Shown here: in pieces, positions 63,670 through 64,000 of the stretch
Layout of the letters: every line of letters starts with the position of its first letter
Numbering within the stretch: the first letter of the stretch is position 1
The notes under the pieces: model-generated
Databases searched by the model: none
What the model was told of the DNA's origin: nothing
What the model saw: the letters and a program-made list of their open reading frames with translations, nothing else
Position numbers and translations under genes: made by a program
Assembly: GCF_009834535.1 (NCBI RefSeq)
Contig: NC_045697.1
Location: 114,082,001-114,146,000, forward strand
Reading direction: 5' to 3'
Origin: Camelus ferus
Taxonomy: Eukaryota
Length of the DNA stretch: 64,000 bases

Positions 63670-64000
63670 TTCTATTTTGGATTGTTCACTCACTGCTAGT
63701 TTATTAAAAAAAAAAAAAACATACTGATTTTTCTGTTTATTTTGTATCCGGTAACTTTCTTGAATTTTTTTATTAACTATCATAGTTTTTTTTTTTTTCC
63801 ATAGGTCCTTAGGATATTTATACGTATAAGCATGTTACATCTTCCTTTCCAGTTTAAATGACTTTTATTTCCTCCCCTACTCCCCAAGATTGTTCTGTCT
63901 GGAACTTTCAGTACAATATTGAGTAGATTGGGGAAACTGAGCACCCGTATTTTGTTCCTGATCTTAGGGGGAACGCTTTCAGTCATACAGTATGAGCTAG
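63670..64000 (-). mobile_element. Old L1 ORF2 (RT region) fragment running off the window end
   Basis: GAACTTTCAGTACAATATTGAGTAG...TTGTTCCTGATCTTAGGGGGAACGCTTTCAG; minus translation LLNIVLKV parallels LLVNIVLEV near 29920. Confidence 0.8.

Noticed and set aside
1..64000. CRISPR array, operon or prokaryotic defence-type system
   Set aside because: The sequence is mammalian and repeat-rich; no regularly spaced direct repeats with unique spacers and no gene-dense region.

Overview
AT-rich mammalian genomic DNA, almost certainly from a camelid (camel, llama or alpaca), because it carries tRNA-derived Vic-1-type SINEs and camelid-style L1 3' UTRs. I found no recognisable cellular protein-coding exon, RNA gene or CRISPR array; the window reads as intergenic or deep intronic. 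The ORFs with recognisable homology are L1 ORF2 remnants; the rest look like chance frames. Main content: about 12 lineage-specific L1 insertions (many with clean target-site duplications (TSDs), two 5'-inverted, one nested in another's tail), old L1M/L2/MIR/MLT1/DNA-transposon fossils, four solo ERV1-class LTRs, and one 4.5 kb non-coding class I ERV (37285-41828). That ERV has a 4-bp TSD, a decayed gag matrix remnant, a CpG-rich leader and two LTRs with unrelated U3 regions. I do not see evidence of a new biological system. The best leads are the chimeric-LTR provirus, a near-perfect 20-bp hairpin in unique DNA (2763-2812), and several mechanistically unusual retrotransposition events. Repeat subfamily names are from recall of consensus sequences, not a database search, and boundaries of old elements are approximate.
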